The notes under the pieces are model-generated. The model saw only the letters and a list, made by a program, of their open reading frames with translations, had not been told where the DNA came from and searched no databases. From Takakia lepidozioides (Eukaryota > Plantae > Bryophyta), in contig CM060731.1 in NCBI GenBank assembly GCA_030704615.1, positions 82,398,001-82,462,000 on the forward strand: 64,000 bases of DNA, given 5' to 3'. Positions 13,264 through 25,990 of the stretch are shown piece after piece. Position 1 is the first letter of the stretch. The number at the start of each line of letters is the position of its first letter. The position numbers were made by a program, and so were the translations under genes.

Positions 13264-16200
13264 ATGGGGTCGGGCAAGCCAAAGTGAAAGCGGAATGGTC
13301 CGAAAGATGATGATCCTGGTGAGCCCGATGGGGGCGACGTGTCACCGAAGCGGCCATTTGAAGAAGGGATGCATGCTTTTGAAAGCGAGGCCACTCAAGA
13401 ACGGGAGAAAATCTGAGGAGTCGGAGCCCGAGGAATTCTTGAGAGCTCCGACAGACTAACAGATGTCTCCCATGCCAGCAGCCTTTTGGGAAGGGTTGTT
13501 GGCGCAGTTTGGCGGGACTTTGAAAGACGTGTTGAAGGCGGCTAATGCCACTTCCACTAAGGCAAAGTTTAAGGTGAAGCCTAAGGAACCCGACACCTTC
13601 GAGGGCGTCCGAAATCGGAAGGCACTCAACACCTGGCTCTTGGAGCTAGAGCAGTACTTCCGGGCAGCCAAGTTGAGTGACGAGGATCGGGTGGAAGTGG
13701 CTCCCACCTATTTGAGGGGCTATGCTTAACAATGGTGGCAGAAACGCCTTCACGACCGAGGTCCAAACCCGGAAACCTTGAACTAGAGTGGGTTCAAGTA
13801 ACTGATGAAGAGACAGTTTGTGCCCCTCAACGCGTCCTGGCTCGCCCGGGACAAAATGAGGAATTTGAAGCAAACAGATGACATTCGGGGATATGTTCAG
13901 GCTTTCAATGTACTGTTGCTTGAAGTCGCGGACATGATAGAACCAGAAATGGTCTTCAACTTTGTGGCGGGACTGGCCCCATGGGCCAGGCGGAAGTTGG
14001 AGGAGAAGCCACCTAAGACTTTGAACGAGGCAATTGAGAGGGCTGAATGTTTCTCGGATGTCCCTAGGGGCGAAAGACCAGGCCGTATGGAGCTGAACCA
14101 CAAGAAGGCCCGGCGGGAGGGTGACTTCTTTCGACCGGAAAAGAAGTGGGATAGGCCACGCGGCGACAATGGCACGTGGAAATCGAAGGGATGGCCTTCA
14201 CACGCCAAGACAACACCCGGTGCTCCGAAAGGAAAATCAGGTGTGACGGCTTATAGCGGATAAAAGACAACCTTCGATGGAGTGTGCTTTAATTGCGGGG
14301 AGCCCGGGCACATGGCTAAGAAGTGCGCAAAACCCCGACAATTGAACATGACTCGAGCGACCACAGAGCTGTCGGAAGATTCCATGAGCCGCTTGGTGGA
14401 AGCGGTGGTCGCCAAGACTTGCAAGGTAGGCAACTACTCTTGTGAGTTGTATGAGGAAACTGGCGCCCTGCGTAAAGGGAGTCAGTTATTGTTCATGAGT
14501 GGGATAATTTCCGGATCTAACGTGTCGTTGTTGGTGGACACAGGAGCGTCGCACTCCTTCATGACACCGGCAACGGCACAGAAGCTGGGACTCCCGACAA
14601 GTGATGTGGGGGCCTCTATTGAGGTGCGTTTGGCTAAAGGAGAACCACAAATGGCGACGAGGTTGGCGTTCGATGTTCTTCTTCAGCTTGGGAGTTGGGA
14701 GGGACGTGAGAACATCACCATTTGCAAGATCGATGGAGTGGATCTCATTTTGGGGATGACTTTTTTGAGCAAATCCAGAGCGGTCATAGATGGCCGCAAG
14801 AGAGTAGTCACGCTGCCGTGTAGGAATGGTGGCGAAGTTTTACGAGGAAACGCCCAAACCCGTGGGAGGGCGAATAAACCTTCTGTCAGCAAGGGAGTGG
14901 GTCATGGAGGACCCACACGAGCCCCAGTTTTTGCTTTAGGTAAGACAAGTGAAAGGAGAATGCGGTGGGGAGCCGCGCCCAGATTGGATCAAGGGGATCT
15001 TGGAGAAATACCAGGATGTGATGCCGGAGGATTTACCAAGCGGCTTGCCACCGCGAAGGGGAGTTGATCACAAGATTGAGGTGATACCGGGATCGGAACT
15101 GCCTGCCAAGGCGCCCTACCGGTTGAGCCACAGAGAGTTGGTCGAGCTGAAGGCTCAGCTCAAGGATCTAATGTCAAAGGGGTACATCCGGCCGAGTAAA
15201 TCACCTTACGGAGCCCTGGTGCTATTCGTAGACAAGAAGGATGGGATGTTGCGGATGTGTGTCGATTACAGGGCTCTGAATAAGGTGACTATCAAAAACC
15301 GGTACCATTTGTCAAGGATCGACGACCTTTTCGATCGGTTGGCAGGAGCGAAGTATTTCAACCGGATCGATTTGTGTTCCGGCTATCATTAAATTTGAGT
15401 GGCGGAAGGAGATGATGAGAAGACCGCGTGCAAGACAAGATATGGTTCGTACGAGTTCTTGGTGATGCCTTTTGGGCTCACCAACGCACCCGCGACCTTT
15501 AGCACGCTAATGAACAGCCTTTTCCAGGAGTGGTTGGATGACTTTATGATCGTGTATATCGACGACATCTTGGTGTACTCGAAAACAAAGGAAGAGCACC
15601 TGGAGCACCTAAAAAGGGTGTTCCAGAAATTGCGGGAAGGGAAGCTGTATGCTAAAGCTTCAAAGTGCGAATTTGGGGTCACAAAAGTGGAATTCTTGGG
15701 GCATGTGATTACACAGGATGGGATCTTCTGAAACCTGGTGTTCTGCACAGTCAATAAGAAAAACAACATACCTAAGCCTCTATTGAGGATTGCTAGTGCT
15801 TAAACACAGTCCAGGACGGCCCTGAATTGAAAATGGATAACAGAAAGGTGAGGGCGATCTTGGACTGGGAGCCTCCGACTTCGGTCCCGGGAGTGCGATC
15901 CTTCCTAGGACTCGCCTCCTATTACCGGAAGTATGTGAGAAATTTCGCCAAGATCGCGGGGCCGCTGTCAGACCTCCTGTGTAAATCCAAAGTCTGGGTA
16001 TGGAACACCTTTTGTGGCCAAGCTTTTGCCGAGTTAAAGCAGCGGATGGCGGAAGCTCCAGTCCTCAAAATTCCGGAGTTCGACCGTCTATTTTGAGATC
16101 CATACAGATGCGTCAGACTTCGCAATTGGGGGTGTACTCATGTAGGATGGACGTCTAGTGGCTTACGAAAGTAAGAAACTGAATGAAGTGGAGCGACGGT

Positions 16201-16336
16201 GGCCTACGCACGAGAAAGAAATGAAGGCGGTGGTGCATTGCTTTGAGCTTTGGCGCCACTATATTGGTTCCAACCCGGTGAAGGTGTTCACAGACAATGT
16301 CACGGTGAAGTATTTTGCCACGCAGCCTAAGTTGTC
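13264..16336 (+). pseudogene. gag-pol pseudogene (gag, protease, RT, RNase H)
   Basis: ORF fragments 13463-13729, 13805-14263, 14282-15067, 14949-15392, 15399-15731, 15827-16096 and 16158-16358 are collinear with the full-length copy. Many stops and frameshifts, plus a 104-bp insertion. Confidence 0.93.
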
Positions 16337-16794
16337 TCTGTCATGGTTTTATTTGTGATTAGTTAGAAATAGTTATTTCTAACTAATTATGACATTATAC
16401 ATTTATATTTGTATTTTGTTGGCATTGGGACTTCATTTGGTTCCATGTGCCAAGTGAGGTGGCGAACCTCACTTGGGACGTGGGGAGGTTATCTCCACGT
16501 GAGACGTAGGCAGGCTCGTCTTCTTCCAGTCGAGCCTCCCGAGGCCTCTCTCGCCGCCATAGCTCTAGTACTTGAGATGGAGAGTGTGTGAGGTCTGTAT
16601 GGTGGAGTCATTTAGCAAAGGTGCCATTGGCTTGACTTATATAACGTGATAGAGTGGTTTCTCCTCTTTCACCATTTCCGTATCACTAGAAGAAGACCTG
16701 CTTACATCTATGAGTGCAAGGTGTTAGCATAGTTAGCACTTGTGTGTGGAAGAGAGCTTGATAGATAGCTCTTAAGATACAAGGTGTTGCAGGG

Positions 16795-16864
16795 TTTGCA
16801 AGAAGAAAGCCTTGTGGTGTTTATGTACAAGAGGAGGTCTTCAAGGAGAGCCCCATTGGAAAGT
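16795..16864 (+). repeat. Dispersed repeat shared in inverted orientation with 61662-61731
   Basis: tttgcaagaagaaagcctt(g/a)tggtgtttatgtacaagaggaggtctt(c/a)aaggagagccccattg occurs at both positions. Confidence 0.85.
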
Positions 16865-17432
16865 TTGAGAGCTTGTGAAGAAGCTCTTGTTCTGCAAGTG
16901 TTGCAGGGTTTGACGAGTTCAAGAAGAGCTCGGGTGTTAAGGAAGCAAGCGGTGCATGTGTGGAGCATGGTTTCAGCTTGTGGGAGTCTTCAACTTCAAG
17001 CTTAGGAGAGCTATGAGTGGAGGTAGACATTTGATTTCTCTTTGGGGCAAAATAGTGTATTTGTAGAGCATGCTTTAAGTTGGGGTTTCAATCCCAAGCT
17101 TGGGAAGAGCATATCTATAGAAGTGGCAAGTGCAGGGCTGGATTAGGAGCTCTAAGAGGTGCACTATGGCCATGGAAGGAAGCACTATGAGTGCATGCGA
17201 TGGCTAGAAGAGGGTATGCCATAGAAAGCTCCATAGCTTGTTCTATGCTTGTTTTAATAAGTTCTAAGATAAAGAGAGCTTGTTGTGTGGCAAATAGCCT
17301 GCTCAGGGAGTTAGAGGCACTCTTGGTGGTCTATTGAGGCTCAAGAAACCAAGAACGGCACCTCTGGTTGCTCCATAGAAGCCATAGCTTGTTGCAGCAA
17401 TCGCAGAGGCAAAGCGGCGCAAACCCTGGTAG

Positions 17433-20400
17433 TTTTTCATCCGGTACGGATGGAAAAACAGGATGCTGTTGGCAACCTCCATAGAGGTAATTTTTTTCTT
17501 CCATGGTGACTCATCCGGTATGGATGAGAGTCAATAAAGGAGGAATGAAAAGGCCAAAAGAACCATCCTAGAGGTAATTCAGTGTTCATCCTGGTGGCTC
17601 ATCCGGTATGGATGAAAAAGCCTGATAGAGGATGAGAAAACAAGAAGTCAACACTGATAGCAAACTGCCAATTCCCAGTAGAGAAAGAGACAGAGGGAGA
17701 GAGGAGGCAACAATGATAAAAAAAAATGTGGCAACTGCTCAGTCACTCCCCCCCACCTTCCCTTTTTGTTTTTTTGGTTCCTGATCTGTCCCTCTCTCTC
17801 CCTCTCTCTCCCTCACTCCAACTACTCGTTTGGGATTATCAAATTTTTTTCCATAATACTTATTTTGGAAATACTATATATTTTTTAATCCCTGATGGAA
17901 TTTTTAAGGTTTCATCCATACTGGATGAAATTTCTGTTATAACCATAACTGGATGATTTATAGGCAGATATGCATTTCAATGCATTTTAGGTTTATGCTC
18001 CTTTGATTTAAACCTATTGAATGCCCATTTTTCATCCTGGTCTGATATCATCCATACCGGATGGTGGATGAAATCGCGGGAGGTTTTCCTTAAGTGTCTC
18101 TCTGCCCTAGACACAACACGATATCGTGCGTGTTTTTTTCTCTGGAAGAGGGCGATGGATGACGAATGCTCGAGCAGCAAGATCCGAGCGGGTGTGTTCT
18201 TGTTTTTGGAACGCGCGATGACGGCAGGCACTTTCATCTCCCGCGATGGCAAATGACATACTGTTGTGTTTGCCTACGTTTTTCCTCATTGATGAAGCAG
18301 CGGCGGTTATGGAGGTGGGGAAGCGGCCTGTATTATCAAGATACAACCTATCCTCAACTCTCCTCCCGTTGCATTCTGTTGTGCTCGTTCAAATTCAGAT
18401 GATGAACACCGCAGCGTCCTACTCCACAAAAGATTGAGGTTCTTTGTGGTGTCACATCTATGCTTTCTTCTGCTGGTTCTGTGATCTTTGCATGCTTTAT
18501 GGCTCATACCTGATATGGATAGCAACTGTGAAATCTTGTAATTCACCTCGCGCATCCTCACTAACGCACAAAACATTTTTTGTGTTTGTTTTTGGGACGG
18601 GCGCAGGTGACGGATTTCACTTGGCATGAACTCTTTGGCTTGCAGACGATCTGGTTACTGCAAGAGGGATAAGATATGTTGCAAACTGCCGTTGTTGCAA
18701 TTTTCTTCTTCAAAACTGCTTCAAGGGGGATATGCCTTAAACCTTTACTTTGATTTCTGGTTCTTGGTAACCAAATCTGTTAAGTCAGGGAAGTAAATGG
18801 GCTGGGCCTCCTAGAAATCAGACCTTATTGTGAAGGTTCGGGCTGGTTGTGATGACAAGGGTTTGGTGGTGCAAGTGTGACATTGGATGCATTTTTCCAG
18901 ACCTGTTTTCTGGCCTTTTGGAGAGTCAGACAGTGCCGTTTATGCCTCACCAGTGTAGAATGTATTAAGTAAGGCATTGGGTAAGCCTTTTTAAGAACAC
19001 ATACATTCTTCAGGCTCCCCCATGGAGATTATAACCTGATTACAGACTGGTATTTTTGAGGATCTCTCTAAAACTTGGCAGTATTTTGGATAAGGCCCTG
19101 GGATACATACCCTAGCCCTGCATCTACTTATGGAAGTACAATCAGTTCAGCTTGTGCTTTTAGGAACATACAAGTCCTTTAAAGCTGTAATAGGGAATTG
19201 TTTTCATCAAAGCTCTCCTGCTGGAATGGTTTTCTCAAAGACATGCTGAGCTTACAACATACTTGTTTAAGCTATTCGAACCCTGGAATTACCAAGCTCG
19301 TATTTTTGAAGGGCTTTTTTGATTACAAACTGTACTCTTAAGCTCCCCCCAGAGATTGGGAATGTGACATGGTAATGATTTACGGGTTTTTGTATGATCA
19401 TCACAGCATTTTCCCTCTGTTTGGTTGTTGTAAGCCACTGGAACACTTACAGCTCTTATTTAAAACTCAGTATGTTTTAAATAAAGTGGTTCAGACTTTG
19501 ATTGATTGACTGTATGCAAACGTGCATATATTCTTCAGAACCCTACAGGCTCATGTTATGTGTTCGTTTTTTTAAAAGACCCCACCCTATGATTTCAAGA
19601 ACTTTGAAATCCAGTCTCTTTTATTGAAGATGAACTATTTATGGAGGGGAAGTGTTAACATGATGATATAAGGATACCTTGTAATTCAAGGATCTTTTTT
19701 CTGGGATTGTACATGTAAGGAGATGTTTGACAATGCCTTGTAATGAGGCTGCTATGTCATTTTTCTTGACAATGACTTTTACTAAGTCTTGTCTGAGTCT
19801 TGACATGACATGAATATCTTCCCTCTCTTTTGTGCTGCTCACCAAAAAAAAATCCACAGAGGGAGAGAGGGGGTAGAAAAAGTTAAAAAGAGAGAGGGAG
19901 AGAGTGGGAAGATATTCATGTCATGTCAAGACATGGAAAAGACCAACTAGGGTCATTGTCAATTAAAGACATAAACAGCCCATGACAGGGCACCATCTAA
20001 CACTTCTAGTCTTGTCATAGCATACCAAGTGACGACACCCATTCAGTCATGATAAAACAGGGTGGGAGGGCGGGGTATATTCATATTCAGATTCTTGTCA
20101 TGTACCCAAGTGACCCTCTTGCATAATATAAGTCAGATTGCAGCCTCAGATTACATCATCCGTAGTTATCCATAAGATATGCATCATGCAAGATATCATG
20201 GGTATATAAGAAATTCTTGCCACATTACAGATCCAATATATGTATACACAGGTACCTTGAAGTGATCCAAGATAGGCACTATGCAAGGCTCCAAGGGTAT
20301 GTAAGAACAGCCTGCCCTACACCAAATTCATGGAATGTACACACAAGCAACTGGAAGAACCAGCCTGCAATTAATTACACTTCAGGCATGCAACCGAGTA

Positions 20401-20680
20401 AACTTCTTGGGCATGGCAAACCATATTGCAGCTTCACATTTGGCCAATTGTAAGTAACCCAAGACGTGCATCGTGCAAGGCCTTCTGGGTAGGTAAGAAC
20501 AGCCTGCCATTGTACAGATTCAAGACCTGTGTACACAGGAATCTTGTTGGACCAGCCTGCAGTTAATCAGACTCCAAACATGCAACAAAGTGACCACTTT
20601 GGGCATGACAAGACAGACTGCAACTTCATTCTACACCATGTACAGTTGCCCCAAGATATGCATCATGTAAAGCATTTTGG
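17433..20680. repeat. Copy A of a diverged, duplicated non-coding unit
   Basis: Blocks 17433-17820, 18478-18610, 19700-20090 and 20230-20680 match 22220-22660, 23425-23550, 24270-24630 and 24660-25320 in the same order. Confidence 0.8.
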
Positions 20681-23600
20681 CATGGAAGAAAGGCCTGCCA
20701 TGTCACAGCATCAAGATATGGACACTCATACATTTTGAGTGCCCGAGATCAAGCCCCCTTGGCCAGAATAAATCATACGATGCAGGAGGTTGTTCTGATG
20801 GCAAAATGAGGCAACTAATCATTGGCCAAGGTCCATTAGACCTTACCACCACTGTTTCCCAGGAGGCTAATGCCATGTTTTGCAAATAGAACCTCACTAT
20901 ACTCCATTCCACATCAAATCTAGGCCTGAAAGAGGCCTGTCATTGCCTTATCAGGCTGCCATCTTTAAAAAACCGGGCCTCCTCTTCCTTAGAACCTAAC
21001 AACCACTGATGTCTTTACCCTTAAACCATCATTCCTCTTTTAAGGCCAAAACTGTACCTAGTCTAAAAATCCACAAGCAATGCTGTCAAAGATTCAAGAC
21101 AGGGTAAGATTCAGATGTTGTGCTTCAAGAGACAGGCCTGCCAGGCCGAAATGCTCCATCAACGGCAGCAAAACATAAGTCAAAAGTAAGCATCAACATG
21201 TCAAACCGGGAGCAAGCGGGCCGAAAGGCAGCAGCCAAGTCATGACGCCATACAGAGTATGTTCCTTTTGCTCACATCCTTATCTGCAAGCTCAAGAGAA
21301 TTCAAAGCAAGTAGGGATCCTCACCTGGTCCCATCACAAGCCCCCACAAAAACCAACAGGTTAGTAAGGATTGTAGAACCCCAGGTGAATCACAGACCCC
21401 TACACTTGTCATCGATGTCAACTAAGAACCTCAAAAGCAAGAGAGAAAGACATAAAGTAAAAGGAGCCCTAATCACCAAAAGCACCTTGAGCGATTGGGG
21501 AAGGTAACTGTGCGCCATCGTCACTAGCAAGCCACCTCCAGCACAGCTGAAGGTGAAGCATACAAGCATCCTTGCTAGGTTTAAGAAGGGAGAGAGAGAT
21601 ATTTCCCCACACAAGCGCCGCTGCGAAACATAAAAGCCAGAGAAGGGAAAGAGACGATGCAATCACAGCAGGGTCTCCCGCCTGTGAGAAGAGACAAGAC
21701 GCCGCCATTGCGCATCCCCAGGAGCTCGTCCGGCATGGGCACAAAGCAGTAGACATGGTAGCAGCAGAGCTCAGACGCCATAACTCTCAGCCCGCGAGCT
21801 CAGAAGCACGAGGAGTGCTGCTGACGGCGGGAGAGACATCCTAGGGCAGTGCCCGATTTTTCATCCGTGCAGGATGAGTAATCAACACCCCTTATTTCGA
21901 AACCCGACGGATGTCATCCGTTAGCTAGGTTTAAACAGTAGGTTATAGGGTAGGGGTTAGGGTTTCACTCCTTAATTAGCCATAATTAAGGGTAATTAAA
22001 CAAAGGTCCAGGGCCATCATAGGCTGCATATTTCATCCGGTTCAGATGAAAAAGTTAATAATGTCTAGTTGGAGAAGGTCCGTCAATAGGATGGAAAAAC
22101 AGTGCATATCATCCAAGGCAACGGTTTCTCATCCTAACATGTAATTCATCATCCCCTAAGAAAAGCCTCATCCAGTACGGAAAAAAAGGCCATAAAAGAG
22201 GAATAAAATGAATTAATATCCTGGTATTTTTCATCCGGTATAGATAGGATGCCAGTGTCAACCCCTACAGAGGTAATTCCTCATTCTCTGGTGACTCATC
22301 TGGTATAGATGAAAGTCAATAAAAGAGGAATGAAAAAATCATAGACCCATTTTAGAGGTATTTTAGTGTCCACCCAGGTAATTCATCTGGTATGGATAAA
22401 AAATCTTTATAGGGCGGGTGAAAACACTGTTTAGAATCCATCCGGTATAGATGGAAAAACATGAAAAAAACACTGATACAACCGGCCAATTCCGAGGAGG
22501 GAGACAGAGGAAGAGAGGGGGCATCAAAGAAAAAAAAAAATGTGGGGGCAGCTGCTCAGTCCCCCCCCCCTCCCCCTTTTTTGTTTTTTTTGTTTTTTGT
22601 TTCCTGATCTCTCCCTTTCACTCCCTCTCTATGTCCCTCTCTCTCCCTCTCTCCCTCTCCCTCTATAACTCTTTGGATTTCATCTGGCCTTAACCTTTTG
22701 AGGTTATTTAGTTTTTCATCCAAATCTGGATTATTTTATTTTATTATTGGATGATGAAACTTAATATACAGAAAGCTAGAGTTACCATCTGTTTTTTTCA
22801 TCTAAACTGGATGATCTACATAAATAATGGTTACCTATTATAAAATCTAGGAGAATAATAAAACTACCATCATAAATGATGGCAGTTATTAAACCTAAGC
22901 CTATACCATAACCCTAAGAGATACATTTCTATGGGATGTCATCCAGTGACAAAATGCCTCTCTTGGTAAAATGTGATATTTCATCCATCCTGGATGAAAA
23001 ATCGGGAAGTTTTGCCCTAAGCAGGCCGACACACTTCACAGCACTGAACTCGTGCTTCAGTGAACCTTGATGATGCGCCGTATAAACCTGCTCCCCTGCT
23101 GCTACATGGTACTCGTGATTGCTGGCTCTTGGGATGCGCATTGGTGGTTAAACAGATTCTTCTATGGCAGACGACAAAACCGTGATTGCTCTGATCAGGA
23201 ACTCATGGTTCTTTATTTTGCAGCGGCGCTTTTACTCCTTGTTGGGAAGTACTCTATCCCTATTTATCTACAGATTACAGGTTGCTCTCTCTTTGTGTAT
23301 GAGCCATTCTCTATCTGTGAACGCTTCTACTCTGATTGCGTTCTGTTGGAGTCGATCTGTTGGACGCCATGGCGCAGGGCATACCACAAACACTCAAGGT
23401 TTTTTGAGTTTACCATTGCTTGAATTGTGATCTGTACTTGCTTTAGAATTCAACACTGACATGGATAGCAACTGTGAAGACCTGCCATTTACCTGCTGCA
23501 TCCTCACTAACACACATCGCTATGTGGTGGTTTTTGGACGGGCACAGATGAGGGTCTTCACTTGTCTTGATTTCTTGAAGCTTGCAGTTCCTGTTCTTGC

Positions 23601-24197
23601 AAGTGTGGATACTGCTACTGCCTAAGCTGCTGATGTCATCTGCTGTTTCAAACTGCCACCATGCCGCTTCAGACCTGCTCCAAGATGGCTCCAATGAGGA
23701 TCTGCTTCTCTCCTTACCCCTGTTTATGGTTTTTTACAACCACATTTGCATATGTAGGAGTTTAGCTATGAAGGATACAAGGATACAAAATAGCAGTTAT
23801 TACTTTGACTGCCTTGATACTTGGCTCTGAAATGAGAACTCTTGGTATGACTCTGACGGATCAAAAGGATAGGCTTTGATAGATAACACACATTCTTCAA
23901 GGCCCTCATATCATTTTGATTTCATGGCTTGATAACAAACAGGGGTTTCTGAGCTGCTCTTTCACCTTGGCAGAACTATTTTATGAGGCCTTAAAATACC
24001 ATTCTAGGCCTATACCTGCTTAAGGGGGCTCTACCCTGTTGTTTCTTCTTCCTTTTTAAGAATCTTGCTTATATCTTGGTTCTAAAACATCATCTTCAAA
24101 CCAAACCTGCAATCTGGTTTTTGAAATGAGTTTAAAATGGATTCTTGAGATGATGATGTGTACTATGGTGCTTTCATGATATGAATGACCTGGAATC

Positions 24198-24620
24198 CCA
24201 CCCTCCCGCCCTGTTTTTTCAGAGACCCTGAAATGTAATTGGGTATTCAAATGAGATTGTAAACATGAAAGAGAATGTTAGATGGTGCCTTGTCAAGGGC
24301 TGTTTTGTCTTTCAATGACAATGACCTTAGTGGTCTTGTCCATGTCTTGACATGACATGTATATCTTTTCTCTCCTCTCTTTTGTGCTGCTCACAAAAAA
24401 AAAATAACCACAGAGGGAGAGAGGGGGTAGAAAAAGTTAAAAAGAGAGAGGGAAGATACTTATGTCATGTCAAGACATGGACAAGACCCACTAGGGTCAT
24501 TGTCAATTAAAGACATAAACAACCCATAAACATGGCACCATCTAACACTTCCATTCTTGTCATGACTTCCCAATTGATTTCACCCAATCATTCATGATAA
24601 AACAGGGTGGGAGGGCGGGG
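24198..24620. repeat. Long imperfect inverted repeat (arms ~24198-24372 and ~24443-24620); a shorter version lies at 19720-20010
   Basis: gacaatgaccttagtggtcttgtccatgtcttgacatgacat versus atgtcatgtcaagacatggacaagacccactagggtcattgtc, and gttagatggtgcc versus ggcaccatctaac. Confidence 0.9.
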
Positions 24621-24661
24621 TTTGTTTATGTATAGGTCATGACAACAAGACAAGCATATAA

Positions 24662-25320
24662 ACAAGCATCTTGTGTACTGAAAAATCAGATTGCTGCAAC
24701 ATGTTCAAAATCCTGTAAGTAACCCAAGACATGCACCATGCAAGGCTCCTTGGGTAGGTAAGAACAGCCTGCCCTGCTACAGATTCAAGGTATGTTCATA
24801 CAAGCACCTTGAAGGACCAGCCTGCAATTTACCAGATTTCAAACATGCAACCAAGTAATCTTCTTGGGCATGACAAAACATATTGCAGCTTCACTCTTTG
24901 CCATTTGTAAGTACCCCAAGACATGCATCATGCAAGGCTCCTTGGGTAGGTAAGAACAGTCTGTTCTACTACAGATTCAGGATATGTTCATACAAGTACC
25001 TTGAAGGACCAGCCTGCAATTAATCAAATTTCAAGCATGCAACCAAGTAAACTTCTTGGGCATGACAAAACATATTGCATCTTCACTCTTTGCCATTAGT
25101 AAGTATCCCAAGACATGCATCATGCAAGGCCTCTTGGATAGGTAAGAATATCCTGCCATACTACAGATTGAAGACATGTATATACAAGCATCTTGATGGA
25201 CCAGCCTGCAATTTATTAGATTCCAAACATGCAACCAAGTGACCCACTTGGGCATGACAAGACAGACTGCAACTTCATTCTACACCATGTATAATTGCCC
25301 CAAGACATGCATCATGTAAG
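24662..25320. repeat. 192-bp tandem repeat, ~3.4 units (about 2 units at 20250-20680)
   Basis: caag(c/t)a(c/t)cttga(a/t)ggaccagcctgcaattt starts at 24801, 24993 and 25185, a period of 192. Confidence 0.9.
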
Positions 25321-25699
25321 CAGCTGTTCAGTCCCCCCCCACCTTCTTTTCTTTTCTTTGTTGCCCCCTGATGTCTCCCTCTCACTCCATCTCTCTGTCC
25401 CTCTCTCTGTCCCTCTCTCCCTCTCTTCTGTGCTGCTCTCTTTTAAGCTCCCGACGAGATAAATTCAAGTCAGATGGTGGGTTCAGCTGCAACATATGTC
25501 CAACATCAGATATCATAAGTTAATCGACTCTATATCTTGGAAACAGGACCGCCCTATCAAACAGGCTAAGCCCTGGCAGAAGAGATTCTCAAGGATCTGA
25601 ATCTAGACCCGCAAGTCTTGACCTTGCTGGATAAACCTGACTTAGAGAGTGTCGTGTCCAAAGCCATGTCTGTTACCAGAACTTGTCTGATGAAAATAA

Positions 25700-25990
25700 A
25701 TTTAAGAAGAAAACTTCCCTGAACTTGTTTCCAGTCTGTGACATGGGGGAGGACATCATGGATGTGCTCAAGGGTCTATCCCACTCTTGGCATCAGACTG
25801 AAATTTAAACTCAGGGCAGGAAGCCTACCTTTGAACAGTAAACAAAAGCAGAGAGGAAAGAAATAGTGCAATTGCCCGTTGTGTGGGCAACTTGAAGACA
25901 GTATTCATTTTCTGATGTCCGGGGTTCTCTCACCAAACAGACGCTCTCTTCAAATCTATCAAGGGAATTGTGCATGTACCTCTATTTACC
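25700..25990 (+). pseudogene. LINE ORF2 C-terminal zinc-finger fragment
   Basis: IRLKFKLRAGSLPLN...CPLCGQLEDSIHFLMS matches the CxxC-E-D-xx-H pattern of non-LTR retrotransposon C-termini. Confidence 0.6.

Larger units (their letters stand above)
12484..16339 (+). mobile_element. Truncated, degenerate Ty3/gypsy LTR retrotransposon (same family as 30439-37411)
   Basis: 5' LTR TGTCGCG...GCGCGACA at 12484-13208, then PBS TGGTATCAGAGC, gag, CCHC knuckle, protease LVDTGASHSF, RT YIDDIL and RNase H. It stops abruptly at ~16339 with no integrase or 3' LTR. Confidence 0.95.
21857..25320. repeat. Copy B of the duplicated non-coding unit
   Basis: Collinear homology to 17433-20680. Contains TCATCC-N5-GGATGA palindromes, telomere-like TAGGG/CCCTA tracts (~21946-21964, ~22890-22918), a long inverted repeat and a 192-bp tandem repeat. 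Confidence 0.8.
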
